64,000 nt of DNA from Syncephalis fuscata S228 (GCA_025786725.1 JAHLTZ010000013.1:186001-250000), one strand, 5' to 3'. Numbered from the stretch's first letter, positions 24,114 through 38,974 are shown. Notes: generated from the letters alone by a model not told the origin. Made by a program: numbers and translations.

Positions 24114-25270
24114 TTAGTTAGTAGGATCATTGCTTAGTCTTCGGGGATAAGGCGGTGGGAGCTCATCATTGTTACTTGATAGATTCGGTTGATGATTAAT
24201 AGCAGGTGTACGATTGTTTAAACGATTATTAGAATGCGGGTTATATTGTGGTGGAGGTTGATAGCGAGGTGCATTAGTTATCGGTATTAATAAATCCTGG
24301 TAGTTTTCTTTAATATATTTTAATGCTACATCGTATTCCTCAGGATATATGAGTTCTGCATAAATAAATGATAAACCGATAAATAATAAATCATTTGCCT
24401 TTTTTATATCCGCTTCATTCATCACTGTATGAGAAGAAGAAGAAGCAATACCATTGATGGGGCTCATATATTTATTAGAGCCAAATACTATGCTATCTCT
24501 AGTGATGCATGCATCTAATGATTATATAAGTATAAGCAGAGACAATTAAATATCTAACTTACTATCAATATTGCCACCAATCAACCATCCTTTTGCCTTC
24601 ATCTCACGTATAACTATTTAATTGATTATTAGCATAAGATTATTGCAATTAATATACACTCACTTTTTATAAGATCCGGAAACTTAAATTTGTGCGCTAC
24701 TTGTGCTCTATGTGCTTCTTCCAAATAATCACGTATAGTTTTATTGCACTCTGGTTCAACAACCATGAAGCAATAATCGCCGCTTGGTGAAAAAGACTTT
24801 TTAATAACAGAATAAAAAGGATGTGGCAGTGTGTTTGTTGCATACATGTCGTAATCAGCAGTATATATGTCCTATTAACAAGATTGTTATGTTTAAAGTT
24901 TAGAATACAAGTGGATGTACATACATTGTATAATCTAAATGGAAAATAAGTAGTTTCTTTTTTTCCACATATAACTTTGGCGTTGAGTTTACGATTTCCC
25001 GCTGTATCATATTTTGCATTCACAACATACGCGCCACCTTGTTCTATTGCGTTTTCGCTGATCGTAAGGCCTTTGATCTTGAATGCATCATGTTGACCTA
25101 ACCCGTATTTAAAAATAGCATCCATTATAACAATAATGGTTAGTATTGCATTCTGAGGGGGTTCATTATGCTGTTACTTTTGTACCAAAAAAACCTGGTG
25201 ATGCCAGAGCATTTTGGCTAACTGACAGCAGCACCAGTATTGGTAAAAAACACTTGGTTCCAGATAGCAT
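24114..25270 (-). CDS. Secreted degenerate kinase-fold protein (family member 1), 5 exons; intron-1 acceptor appears damaged
   Basis: Signal peptide, then LNAKVICG...YCFMVVEPECNKTIRDYL...IIREMKAKGWLIGGNIDNACI. Same exon structure as 48700-49735. Confidence 0.65.
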
Positions 25271-27104
25271 CGTCTTGTTCTTATCTAATATTTATGTTTC
25301 CGTAATCTCGTAAATATTGTTGTTGCAACAATAAGAATCAGTAGGCGCAAAGTGAGTTGTATAAGAGATAAAGATATAAAAAGTGGCAAATGTTTGAGTA
25401 TTTATACCAAATTGCAGTATGTGACAATCAATGCAGGATTTATTGTTTGAACAAAAAAACATGTATTTTTGATAATGATCAGCATGGAAGTAAAACAAAA
25501 TAATTGAATAATAGTACAAAATGGAAATTAATCATTATTCATGGTAATGAGGATGCTGTTTTAGATTTGGATGCTGCTTTTTACTCAAATTGGTAGTTAA
25601 CTTGTCGCATTGATGGATTAGTACGATATAGTGAAACAATTTCAAGTATTCAAAAAGAATAGGTGGGGCAGTGCTGAACAATCGAGCCGTTTATTTAAAT
25701 ATCTATTTTATGGTTTTGGTTCTAGAACATTAGTACTAATCATTCACATGCAACGTTATTCCAGTTGTATCGATTCTACTACTTTATGAGATAATGCTTA
25801 TTATATAACTATTTTTTACTTTTATGGATTCTAATTACAAAGTTTTATTTGTATGTTTTTAGTTTATTGTTATGCATATTGTTGTAGATTACATTTATCA
25901 AATTGTTCTAAAACATTGTCAAACGTCTAGTGGATTAGCGAGATTAGCGGAAAATCCTGGGCACAACTGAAACACTTATAATGGTCTAGCTAGTTAGCCT
26001 TGCTATTTGGTTTATTTGACAAAACACCTAATGGCAATTTGGATAATCCACCAGTTATGTTTTAATTATTCCATGACGGTAACTAAATATCAAAATACAC
26101 GAGCTGTTATTAAATCTGCTTAATTTATAAAACAATCTAGTAGCAATATAAACAAAGAGCTTTTAAAATATCGTCATAATTTATTAATATACCCTATAAC
26201 AATTGTGTGACATATGTTTACCTATCAAACTAGTCAATAGCTTCGTGAATTTAATCAAATGATCCTGCATGATCACCTAATTTTAGACATAGAGCGGAAA
26301 GATAGCCACATCAGGCGGAGCTTCAATCGGTGTATTGTCGTCATTTTATCCAATCTTTTCCATGTGCTATTTCACTCTTTATCTCTTTCGCTTTGACTGT
26401 CATCACTTCATCCGACTGTTGAAAAAGACGATAGTGTAGCTGTTTATAAGCTATTGTTACTCTAGCACTATTCTTACAGCTGCATCTTGTAGTTATTCTG
26501 TTGTATCTCGTTAGTAGCCTTTATTACCGCCGTACATTTGAACCAGCAAGTTTGCGACGCCACATCTACTTCATGTGATTAGTGTATCGCGTATCTGTAC
26601 TTCTACATTGCGTCTCGACTCTATATCTCCATCCATATACCTATATCCACTTGTCAACCAAACAACACCCGACTATCGCTTAGTCAACTTTGTCATCTTA
26701 GAAGGCCCGTATCTATTTGCCGTTATCTATTCACAGCTTTCTTACGGCAATTGATACCTCACGTGCTTGCTGTTACGACCACCTATTTGTCTATCTATCT
26801 ATCTATCTATCTATCATTTTGTTTACTGCGCTTTTTGTTTATCTCGACTCGTTTATTTGTCGGCAATATTCACATTGTACAGTTGGCGTGTTATTTCTTA
26901 AATCAATCCAATATTCGTTATATCTACAACGTGGTTGGATACGGCAACAATACGTTGACTGTACAAACATTAGCATTCTATAGCTATTTAATTAGCTCAC
27001 TGGATTTGGCGTAATTTTATCTACTCTGTTGTTTATCGGTGTCTATTTAGACACCTAGCAATTAACAACAACAACAATCATATCAGTATCTATAGTTTAT
27101 TGTT

Positions 27105-29105
27105 ATGTATTCTGGTACACGAGGGCGGCAAAATCCGCCGCCTACTATGTTCTATTATCAAAGTAACTTATCCTTTTCAAACGTCCACGATACCTACAAC
27201 AATGATAATGTGGATACACCGCACTGGGATGATGTCTTTACATTTCGACGCCACTCCAGCCGTGCTTGGTCAGTCATCACCGATAATGATGCAGAAGAAA
27301 TAACGACATTATTGGGCAATCCAATACGTGGTCGATTAAAGAGAAAACTAGTTGAATGGTGTAATCGTATGTTAACACGCAATATATTACTTATTGTAGT
27401 GCCTACACTTGCAGTGAGTACTTTATAATATTAATAGAACTGTTTATTAATTATCAATATTTAGATTCTAGCCTGGTGTACAATTCCAATTCCATATGAA
27501 TTAATTGAAAGTAATGTTCCAAAACCGGCACCGGCACCGGCACCAATAGAACATAATGAAACACCATTTAAATCAATGGCTACATCACAACCATCATTTA
27601 CAAATAATCAAGCTCAGCTCAAATGGTCAAAACATTCCGATTTACCATTAAATGTCGCACCAGTTCAAGTGAATAATCAAGTCGATAACAGTGAAACTAG
27701 ATATAACATTTTTACATCTGTTATGTCTAATCACTCAAAAGATAGTATAAAACAACGACAACAATCAACGAACACTATGGATGACAGTATTAATCAATCA
27801 TCTCCACTTAACGTTGATCGATCAACAACGACAGCCACCATCATTTCATCCAGTAATAATAGTAACAATAGTATAGCCGCACCTCATAGTTTAGAATTTG
27901 GAAAACATGAATATGAAGAACATCCACCTATTGCACTAGTTAATTTTTGGTGGTTTCTTTTTGTCTACTATGGCATTTATAATATTATCGCCTTATGGCT
28001 TTTAACTCGTATATTTCAAATCTATTCACTTAACTGGTGGGCAACAGGCTGGAGCAGTAAATCGGCCGGTGCAGCTTGTTGGCTCTGCTCAATGGTCGGT
28101 GGAGCGTTTATTCACTTATTTCTACCACATCTTGAACGCTACACCATTACATGGGTTCTACTTACCTTTCTAATGCTGACTATTCCTCTTTTATCGGCAT
28201 TTGCCGTTATTCGCGGTGAAAATCGCAATGTATACCGACATTCACTTACACTGACCCAGCAAACATTTATGACAACCGATAATATAGGACCACGCATTCC
28301 AGCTTCCTATTTCCGTTTCTTATGGTTCTGTCTTGTTCTAGTCATGATGTGGGCCACTACAGTAGCCGGTGGTTTCTATGCCTGGAGCTATTTATCTTCA
28401 TTGCCACACACCGGCATAGAGGCGTTTATCTACGTCTACTCTTGGGTGGGCATTGTTTACGCTATCGATTTTGTATGTGAAACGATTGTTGAAGAAAAGA
28501 TTCGCTCCCATCCACTTTGTACGGTATTCCGTCTCTATTTCTATCTGCTATATTTCATCTTTTATCGCAATCTATTTGCTCGACTTCGTAATCTTGAACA
28601 ATTTGTCTTAATTCAAGCAGCTTCATCGATTTGGGTCATGATATTCTATCCACTGCGTATGACCCGTACCACGCACCGTTTACTTCAACGATGGTTTGGC
28701 GTGACCCGCGACTACGACGATTACCAGAAGATGCTGGGCCAGCTATTTTATACACGTACCATAGCGGAGAATGTAACCATGCTTGGCTTTCTATGCTGGA
28801 TGAATGCCATTCGAGCCAGTAGCAATTTCCCCATCTATCCATACTACCAATTCAATGGTTATGAAGGTGATCCGTATACCTATGAAAGAACTATGATCTG
28901 TTCTATAGGCGTATGGGTATCGGAATTAGTGACCGCCTATGTGACGCGTGGTCTATTCAAAGCCTATTTCCGACACAGTATTACACGTGAGGCAGTGATG
29001 GATATGCAACGATATCCGGATACAGTATTAACATTAATACTTGTGGCAATTCATGTCATGCAAAGTATGTTATTAGCATTATTCCAACTGAATTTTAAAC
29101 ATTAA
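27105..29105 (+). CDS. Multi-pass membrane protein of unknown function
   Basis: Exon 27105-27413 splices in frame (GT-AG) to 27465-29105. Many hydrophobic helices, e.g. VNFWWFLFVYYGIYN and YFRFLWFC. Confidence 0.8.
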
Positions 29106-29200
29106 ATTAATTATTTTGTCAATTGGATTAAATAATTAATGGATAATTTATATGACAAATAAAATAGTGTCGATATTTATTACAATACCAACCATTATCA

Positions 29201-30428
29201 TTACTCATCGTGTTTATGTGAGTGACGGCCCTTGCGACGTCTGCGTACTTTTTTATGTTTTTCATCGTTATGTTCGTCGTGTTCTCCTTCTTCTCCTTCC
29301 TCTTCTTCGGTGCCACTGTCTTCAGAGTAATGTAATAAAGCGGTCAATTCCATTTCTTTTTTATCGCTATTTGTTCGTTTAGTCGGTTTTAGAACGAGAA
29401 ATGAATAACGACGCCATAATTGAGCCGATGCAAATAAAAGACCAGCTAAACACTTGGCCTCTCGAGGATCAAGTACCAAAAAGCCATCTGTAGGCGATCC
29501 AATAAGTGATGGTGATAAGCGGGCCAGTATAGCATCGGCATAACTAATTTTGTCTGGTGTATTAAGTGTGGTCATGGCATAGATCAGTGTAGTGGAAAGA
29601 CTAACACGTAAATCGTAGTGTTCTTCTTTAAACGCCGCCGGTGTACGTAGACCCCAATCAGCCGCCGTTAGATTAAAGGCATCTATTAATAACATGTAGT
29701 TATTTAATTGGTTATTTATTTAGCTATTTAGTGATCATTAATTGACTTACCGGTAATAATACCGCCACCACAGCCGGCAAGTGTACCACAAAGTAACTGA
29801 GCAATTAAGCTATTCTGTAGTGCAGGCATAGCACGTATTGATTCAATGGCAAAACCTGCTTGTGCATTAGCACGAGTTAAACCATCGGCCAGTAAAAGAA
29901 TGGGACGAATATAGGGTTCAATGGCATCGAGTAGCCGGAATGCAATATCACCGGGTGCACGAAACATGGCCAAGTAAACAATTCTATTATTATTAATAAT
30001 CCAGTAGTTATTATTACAATTATACATTATTAACATGTCTCCTTTACTCTCTCTCCTTGCGCTCTCCTTTAATTGAAAAGTGTATTGACTTACGCATAGG
30101 TCGGTAGTGTGGTGTTTGAAGAGAGCCAGCTTGGTGGTAGACCCATAAGTACAGCGGCTGATGTAGAACCACCCAATGCCATGGCCATTACAACAAAAAG
30201 GCCCTGAACAAGTGGTGGACGTGGTCCAGACATTGTACGAAGACGTGCTCGATAATCGAGTGTCACTTTAATTGCATGAAGTGTTGCAAGAATAGGGAGT
30301 GGTAGCAATGGCGACCATGTTTCTCGCTGAAGCGGGTCAAGTAGATTGGTTAGAAAACCCAGCAGGTTACTATGTTCAGCCACGACAAGGGTCGGCGGTG
30401 GTTGTTCCTCTTTAAAAGACGACGCCAT
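29201..30428 (-). CDS. TRIC/TMEM38-like trimeric intracellular cation channel, 3 exons
   Basis: Two Gly-rich repeats (ALGGSTSAAVLMGLPPSW and CGTLAGCGGGII) and an acidic/basic tail. Family assignment is by motif recognition only. Confidence 0.62.
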
Positions 30429-30788
30429 ATTGAAACGCAAGTAGAAGAATAAACAAGTATAATCAAATTGTAATGAACAATAGAAAGAAGTAAAGGGGCG
30501 GTATTGGTTAAAGCATACGTCACAGTCTAAAAGTGACCTTGATACTTATAGCTAAATTAACACTTTTTAAAGTAGTTATAATGATATACTAATACGGATA
30601 AGTAGGGGCAAATGGTAGGATAATCAAAATTATGACACTGTGCAGTTAATAGCGTTTTAATAGGATTCCACTGTCATTGACTTGAATTATTGTGGATTAA
30701 ACGTTTACTTGACATTAGATTATTCTATTATTGGTTTATGTTGAATCTGTTGCTGTAATCCATGAATTAATTTTTAAGATTTCTGCTC

Positions 30789-31354
30789 ATATCTTTATTG
30801 CTAAAATATTTTAACATATGCTATGATTTGTATAAGCAATACATTAACGACATAATACCAATAAACAATATTATACAATCATCATATTCATATCGCTTAT
30901 TCTATCTATCACGATAATGTCAATTTGTATAAATGATTGAGTGTATTAAAGTACACAGTAGTCTTTAGCAATCAGTCTGTTCCAAACAGTCATAAGATTG
31001 CAGCTAATTGCAATGTATATCATTAAAAGCTGTGTTTAAATTAGTATCAACAAACATGCATACTCAGTTCGCCGCGTTTACGAATAAATCCATTATTTTC
31101 TTTTGGTATTGGAGTTTGAAATTAAGGACCACACAATGGAATTGCTATAATGAACTATGTTCTTCTCATCATGTTGTCAATATATATACATATATATAAA
31201 TGACAATGCAACTCTAAACATTTGTATTTCAAATTCCGTATTTGAATAACGGGGTTATTACTTGCTGTTTATTTCCATGCGCTCTTCCGTGTTTCTTACT
31301 CTGAAGTAGCATTCCATATTCGTCGTCTCATAGTAAATACATCGACTATTGCAT
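30789..31354 (+). repeat. ~570-bp non-coding duplication, copy 1
   Basis: Near-identical direct repeat of 39274-39852. Confidence 0.93.
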
Positions 31355-31480
31355 GCTCTATTTTGCTATAAATACTCATTTTAACATATTTATTTGTTAA
31401 TCATCCCATCATATTTTTTCCTTACGTAATAAACTCATAAAAGTACAGCTTTTTATTGACGACTAGGCCTTGACATAGCC

Positions 31481-32504
31481 ATGTTTACGATGAAATTCAT
31501 TCTTATATTACTGCTCTAGCTTATGCTAGTATGGTTACTCAAGCCACGCCTGCCGATGGCGCACCAAATCAGCCCAGCCTCGGTGGCAAGTATCTATCCC
31601 AAGTCACTCGTGCCATTTACTAATGTTACTATTTATATAGAATTATAAAAACCAATCAAGACTATGTAAAAAGCTTATTTGGCCTACATAGTATTCATTT
31701 ACCGGCACGCCAAACGAATCTAATGGCATATACTATACCAAAGCAACGCAAAATAAGCAGCCTATTACACTTGCATGTGGACTAAATTCAAATCCCAAAA
31801 GTCATGCTCTTAAAGTATATCAGGTGGTTCTATATAACAATATATGCAATAACTAACAAGTATCGCTATCAATAGGATTTAATGGAAACTTACAAACCGT
31901 TTGATGAACGAAACCCTCCGGTTGCTGTGCCTACAGGAAAGATTATGATCCCAGGAAATACATGCTATGTTCTACAAGGCCAATGTAAAAAAAGATATAA
32001 GGATTTTGCTCAAGTATTTAGTGGGTATGTCAACAATGTTAATTGCGCATAAGAAATATTGTTCTAACCTAAATTAGTCGTGATGATGTGGAAAAAGTAC
32101 AAATTTTGTGGATAAATATTGGAAGTGGTACGAGTTTTTAGTGCTTATATACTATATGTTAATCTATTATTAGGTCTAAAAGCTTTAAAAGAATTGGGAT
32201 GGTATGCCCACATGAATTTTGAAGGTAAGCATGGTGTTTATCACTGATGTTTATACTAACAATATTGCTAGATATTTGCATTTATGAGGACAAATATGAA
32301 TTTGACCCATACTTCATTAACCTCAGTAAGGTTATTCCAGTAGGACAAGGAAGAGTTATCGTTGATAAACTTGAGGGAACAACTAAAATTGATGAAATGA
32401 ATGAGTTTGCTCTAAATGCTAGTCTTCGTCTTGTTAGTGACAATGTAAAAGCTGAGATAGCGATAAAAATGCGTAATTCTTTTAATGAAGGAATGTATTG
32501 GTAA
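31481..32504 (+). CDS. Secreted degenerate kinase-fold protein (family member 2, more distant), with at least 2 apparent 1-nt deletions
   Basis: Reconstructed signal peptide (SYITALAYASMVTQATP), then ITLACG...TCYVLQGQCKKRYKDF...GLKALKELGWYAHMNFEDICI...PYFINLSKV. Confidence 0.6.
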
Positions 32505-33250
32505 AATCTTTTTTATTATTTTGGCAAACCAGATTTTAAAGACCGGAATTTAGGACCAATAGACAGCTTTACAGATGCAATCAGTACTATAGCATTGGGC
32601 CCAGAGAATAAATAACAAGTCTTACAAATAACCAGTGATTACTTAAATAAAGCCATGCCATGTTGCGGTTTACTTATTACAACTGTGCACTATTTCTAAT
32701 ATCGATTATTTGTTTATTAAATAATAACATTTATTGCTATTATAAATGTTATTTAGTATAATTAAATAACATAGTATTTTATAAAAATAATATGTATAGT
32801 AGTCTACTATATGCATTTTGTATATTTTAATATATTTAATTCCTTTCTCTATCCTTCAACGTGTAAATGTCGTCAATAGCGCATAATGATCATGGCTGAC
32901 AAATGCCAACTTTAATATGCGGATTTCGCTTATTAATGCTAGGTAAACAAATAGCTACATTTTTAAATCACGTCTTTTCTATTTATTATTCGTAGTAAAT
33001 ATAATGTAACTATAGTTAATAAATAATGAATAGTATGATTTGATCAATTACAACATACATTAAATTAAACACTTTTAATAGTAATTTAATAATAGATAAA
33101 TAAAGATAATGATTAATTTGTTAATTAGCTAGTTAGTTAACAAATCGATTATCTTTATGTATTGTTATTGTTAGAATAAAACAAAATAAGAATTTAAAAG
33201 ATTCACTTTGAATAAATGTCTTTTGTATAGATAATCATAAAAAATAGTAT

Positions 33251-34692
33251 CTAATTACCACCAAACAAACGCTTTGTTGCATCTTGACTAGTGGCACCCC
33301 ATCCTATACCAATAATTAAATTAATAGTATATTCATCAGCTTAATTAGCTATACTGTTAAAATAAAAGTAATTACCTGTAGCCGCTGGTGTTGGTGTTGC
33401 TGCTGTTCCAGCTGCTCCAAATCCCCCAAATCCTCCGAATCCCGTTGATGTAGCCGTTGATGTAGCAGTAGTCGTTCCAGTTGCTCCAAAGCCAAAGGTT
33501 GGCTTAGCAGGTGTCGTTGCTGCAGATGTACCAGTACTAAATCCACCCGTTCCAAATCCACCCGTTCCAAATCCGGTTGCAGGTGCCGATGTAGGAGCAC
33601 TTGTGGCTATAGCACCAAATCCACCCGTAGGTGCAGCCGTACTTGTAGCCGTAGTACCAAATCCTTTAGCACCAAAACTTCCTGTACCAAAACCCGTCGT
33701 AGCAGCAGTTGTACCAAATCCTGTAGGTGCCACTGATGTAGCTGGTGTTGCACCAAAGCCTATGCCACCAAATCCCGTTGTAGTAGGTGCTCTATTAGCA
33801 GTTGCACCAAATCCACCGGCCATTGGTGTTGTGCCTAACGTAGTATTGCACTAAACCCACCACTAAATCCTTTTGATGCTGCTGTTAATGACTGCTGCTG
33901 CTGTGTGTTGTTGTTGTATCATTGGTTGTAGCGTACTTTCAGCTATTGACCTTAACTGTGATTTATTCATATCATTATCTTTATCATCTTGCTGACTCGT
34001 TGCAAATCCTAGAATGTATTATAATAATATATAATATTAGCTACATTATTTATCAATATTCATTTTTAAACCATACCATGAACACGTCGTTGCCGTTTAC
34101 TAAATGGATCTCGTTCATCGCCGTAATGACGACGACGCCAATCCTTATAACGAGCACGTATTCTGACCACTTCGTCGTGTAGTCGCGCAACACGAGCAGC
34201 CTGTGACATAAGGCCGGCATGTTGATGGCGAATAACATCGGTCAATGCTTGTGGCGACGTTGTTGGTTCGCGTACAGTCAATGTCACGTGGCGTTCAATC
34301 TTTTCAACTTCCTGTTGATATTGATCGGCGCGTGATTCCATTTGCGCTGCTAGTTCTAAAAAGTAGTCGTGTGTGATATTAGCAAATCCTTGAATATTGG
34401 TTTGCGACGGCTGTTTAAACGCTTCGTAAGAACGAGCACCTTTCTCGGCTGCTCTAAAACTACGATGTACATCGCGTTTAACCGCATCAATAAGCGATTC
34501 ATCGCGGGTCAGTCCCGTATCAACTGACGCGACAGTATGTTGCAGTTCTTTAGCTATTTTCTGTACGCGTAATGCATCATCTATCACAGGAACTGGATCA
34601 AATAAATCAGCAGCCCGTAACTGTGCACGAATATGAGTGTCAAGCGTGAGAAGCAAACGCTGCGTTTCCGCAGGAAGCTCTTCGAACTGCAT
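33251..34692 (-). CDS. FG nucleoporin Nup49/Nup58-like (coiled-coil core plus C-terminal FG repeats); apparent indels at 33850-33910
   Basis: QFEELP...YFLELAAQMESRADQYQQEVEKIE...AARVARLH...RDPF, followed by many FG/GFG repeats. Final small exon ends KRLFGGN*. Confidence 0.75.
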
Positions 34693-34954
34693 GATCTGTA
34701 CGGCTTAATAGAACGGAAAGAAAAGAAATGACACGAAAAAAGAACAGACTCTTTATTTGTTTACTTTTCAGTCGTTACTTTCTAGTATTTCTACAGTTTG
34801 AATTGTCAATATAATTAATATTTATATTATTGACTCTATAATCAATTAAATATCTATTGTTTCTTATATAATTTATATGACCAACTACTGTTAAACACAC
34901 ACACTATAACATAGCGAGTATTCACTTTATAATCAACTGATTAGTATTACTATT

Positions 34955-35949
34955 ATGTCTGTATCAACGTCAGATTCAACACTAAAGAGGAATAAACGAC
35001 CTTTAGAAGAACTATTCAACGATGATGAAGACAGCGACAATAACAATAACAACAATAGCAATAATAACAGCGAGACAATAGCTGTAATAGAACCAAAGGT
35101 ATCTAATACTTTTATATCTACTAAAAGACTACAACATGAACGATCTGTTGAAGGTTATGATAGAAGCAATACAGCTTCACCTATTAAACGTTCATCTTTG
35201 GCAAGAACTGCACCATCAACTAATACAACACAGGAAATAGCCACTATAAATACTACATCTACTACATCTACTACTACATCAGATGTTCAAAGCAGTAATA
35301 ATGATACATCGCGTGATGCTTTCTGGGAAGAGTTACAAAAGTATCAATCATTAGTTACTGAAGCAACGACAAAACCATCTACTATTCATCTAAAGGAGGA
35401 AATTCAACGAGTCATGATATCAATACCGATGGTATTAATAAACATAAACATAAACATGTAGATACAGAAGAAAGACCATCAGTAGCATCGCAACAATTAC
35501 CGTGTCTTCCAATACTTACACCGTATTTGGATGTACCACATCCTACGTTTGAGATGCTTGAATCAGAACGTGATGGATATGAACGATCATTAGGCGGTAA
35601 TAATAGCTTATTCCGTCGTTATTGGTCATCAAGACGTGGTATTGTTGATGCAGTAACTTATCGTCAACGAGATCCATTAATAGAGCCATCTATAAAGATG
35701 TTAACCTCTAATGAACAGTCTCAAGAACGATTACGTGATTTTGATGGTCAAACTCCATTAAAATGGCTATATGAAGAGCAGAACCTTCCATTGCCATCAA
35801 CTGCAGTATTATCTAGTATGAATAGCGGTAGTTCTTATGAACAACAAGGCCGTCCTAACTATCGATATCGTGGACGCGAAAGAGGTGGTGGCGGTGCAGG
35901 CAGTAGACGTGGTAACTGGCGAGGTAAAAGTAATATGAATGTAGAATAA
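34955..35949 (+). CDS. Hypothetical low-complexity protein with RG-rich tail; one apparent 1-nt deletion near 35400
   Basis: Two ORFs join into one frame if one A is added in GAGGAAAT. Divergent from the nucleoporin. Confidence 0.55.
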
Positions 35950-36152
35950 TAATAAAATAAATGTTATAAATGTTAATAAAGTGTTATATATTATTAATAT
36001 TCAAACACTAATTTGTAAATGGATTTATAGTCAATATTTTAATTACAGTTGTTTCTTTCTTGAATTCTTGTTAAATAATAACAATTCTTTGTTATTTGTT
36101 ATTATACTCGATCAACGATAGAACAACAGAATAATTCCGTATAAATACTAGA

Positions 36153-38974
36153 ATGGCGCAACCACCAGGTAATCATCAGTATAGGAAGCAGGGTAGACCT
36201 ACAGGCAATATACCTATGATATCGCGTCCAGGTAGTGGATATGGTATACAGCCACCACCACCACCACCACCTATGGCTACTATACCACCTCATCCTTCAG
36301 GATGGACACAGCATCCAGGGCCTACGGGACAGCCTTATTACTATAATACATTTACGCGACAAAGTACATGGAAGCGTCCACCAGAACTGGACCAGCCATT
36401 ACCAATGCGTATGCCACCACCACCACCATCCACACGCGTATCCTATGGCATCCAGACAGTACACACAGCCTGCAACAACAATGACAATGTCGGGACCGCC
36501 TACCACCAACACCACTACTAATACTGGTATGGATAAAACAAATAAATCACAATCCAGTAAAGAAAAGAAAAAAGATAAAGCAAAGCGGATGTAAGTAGCC
36601 AGTTTATCTATGTTTAATTGACACGCAATAATCTTGTAATATCGTGTATTTATAGGACACTCATTCCTGGTACACATTGGAAACTGGTAAAGACTGCAGA
36701 GGGAAGAGAGTTTTACTATGACACAGAAACAAAGAAATCAGTATGGACCATACCGGAAGAAATTGTCGATGCTGTTAATGCATTAAAAACGGTCGAACAA
36801 GAATCGAATAAGCGCAAGGCAGAAGAAATGATTGCAAATGATACAGCTAAACCAATCGATGAGACAGTATCAACAGCTAGTTCATACGAAGATAAAGCGG
36901 AAGAGTCAACGAAACGAATAAGGGCTGAATCGATTGAAACGGGTATACAAGTGGATACGGCAACTAAATCACCAGAAATGGCCACAGAGTATGTAAAGCA
37001 TTTAATTAATTGTACACTCAGTATAAGTTAATGAATGAATGAATATGTAATCACCTATATTAATATTGATTAGAATGACTGAGGAGGACATTCTCTTTCA
37101 ACTTCAGGCAATGCAACAAGAGGAGGAACAACAGTATCAACAACAAACTCAAATACCATCAATAGCACCTGAAGCTGCTCTATCTTACGAGGAGCGGGTT
37201 GTTTTATTTAAGGTAATAAGATAGTTGCCTATAGATGTATAGAAAATGATTAATGTACAACGATTGACTAGACTTTGCTTGAAGAATCTAATGTTTCAGC
37301 ATTTTCATTATGGGAGAAAGAGCTGCCTAAAATTGCGGCAGATCCACGCTATTTACGCAAGTATTTGGATTATTTTAAAAGATTATCATACTAATAGTAT
37401 ATCAAATATATTCAGTCATTCCGTCAGTGAAGCAAAGAAAGGAGATATTTGATGATTATTGCAAACACTTGGTGAATAAGCCCAAAGGAGCAGTAGTGGG
37501 TAGAAAGAAGGTAAGATTCATGTATAGAGGATTTGGCATAAAGCTAATAGAAAGATTTAGACGGCAAAAGAAAAGTATCAAGGATTACTTGAACAACAAG
37601 TGACCGAAACTACACGATGGCTAGACTTTAGTCATAAGCATAAACGGGACTCTCGGTTCAATGCGGTGGACACAAAAGAGCGAATGCGTTTGTTTGATAA
37701 CTATGTTAAAGCATTAAAGGAGGATAAACAGCAAAGTAAGTATAAGAGCGGATAAAAAACAGTTAATTAATTTAGTATGCTAGTTAAAGATAGTGAGGGC
37801 AATAAAGTTAAAGACGACTACCGGCAACTGTTACGTGAGATGCGACGCATAGATTCAGAGTCAAGTTGGCGCAGTGTAAGTAATAACCATGTAAATTAAA
37901 TAGCATACAATTTAGATATTATGGCAATTAGGTAAAGCGAATGATTGAAGACGATGCTCGATATCACGCAGTGGGATCGGCAGATGATCAAGAAGATTGG
38001 TTTTACGAGTATCGTAGAGAACTGGAGAAGCATGAAGAAGAACGTCGACAGAAACGGGAAAAGGAAGAAAAGGAACGAGAACGGCGTCGAAAGTAAGCTA
38101 AATAAAATTGATATATCAGTGCATTTATAGTGTTTGTAGAGAAGAGGCGAGTTTACGGGAAAGAGAGCGGCAAGTTCGACGAGAACGTGCTCAGCGAGAT
38201 CGAGAAGCAAAAAACCAACGGGCCGTGGTGGATAAAGAAGATGCTACTCGCTCGTGCCAAACGTTATTTATTGATAAAATTCGAGATCATACGGTAAGTA
38301 GACTGGATATAAATAAATAAATACATAAAGTAATCGATTAATGGTAGATGACATGGTCAGAGGCACAGCCTGAATTGCATCAAGATAAGCGATTTGAATT
38401 GTGTGCTGAGATGCTTGGTTTACGTGAAATGGAGACATTGTATGAAGTACATATTGATACCATTTACAATGCACGAGAAAAAACATTTTTTGCACTACTT
38501 GATGAACAAGTACCGTTATCGGTGTCGAATTGGGTCGAGGCTAGCGAGATAGTTGGAGAACAAAAGGCAACGACCCAGCTCAAGCTGACCGATAGTAAAT
38601 TGGCCGATTTATTTACACGCTATCACACAAAACGAATGATGAAGGCTAAACAAGACTTGAATGCACTACTTGAAGAAAGTACATTTATTGAATTTCATGC
38701 CCGTGATGGCACATTAGCTATAAAGGATGTTATGGAGGTGCTTCAGGTAAGCAAACCATCTTAATTTGTAGTTGTTCATTGCTAATCAATGATGATGGTG
38801 TGTGTGGATTAGGAGGATCAACGGTATTTGCAATTAGCATTTATTGCCGAGGAGCGAGACCAGATTGTAGAGCGTTATGTTGAAGATCTTATGGCAAAGG
38901 TGGGCCGTAAACCAGAGGAAAAGACGAGTGATGCCGATGATGATGACGATAATGAAGTGGATGCGGATGCATAA
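36153..38974 (+). CDS. TCERG1/CA150-like WW- and FF-domain splicing/elongation factor, multi-exon
   Basis: WW1 GWTQH...YYYNTFTRQSTWKRP and WW2 WKLVKTAEGREFYYDTETKKSVWTIP. FF repeats (FSLWEKELPKIAADPRY, DSRF, DARY). Frameshift near 36428. Confidence 0.85.

Noticed and set aside
35432-35461. 30-nt GT-AG intron
   Set aside because: Splicing it leads to a stop within 8 codons, whereas a single missing A near 35400 gives a continuous frame.
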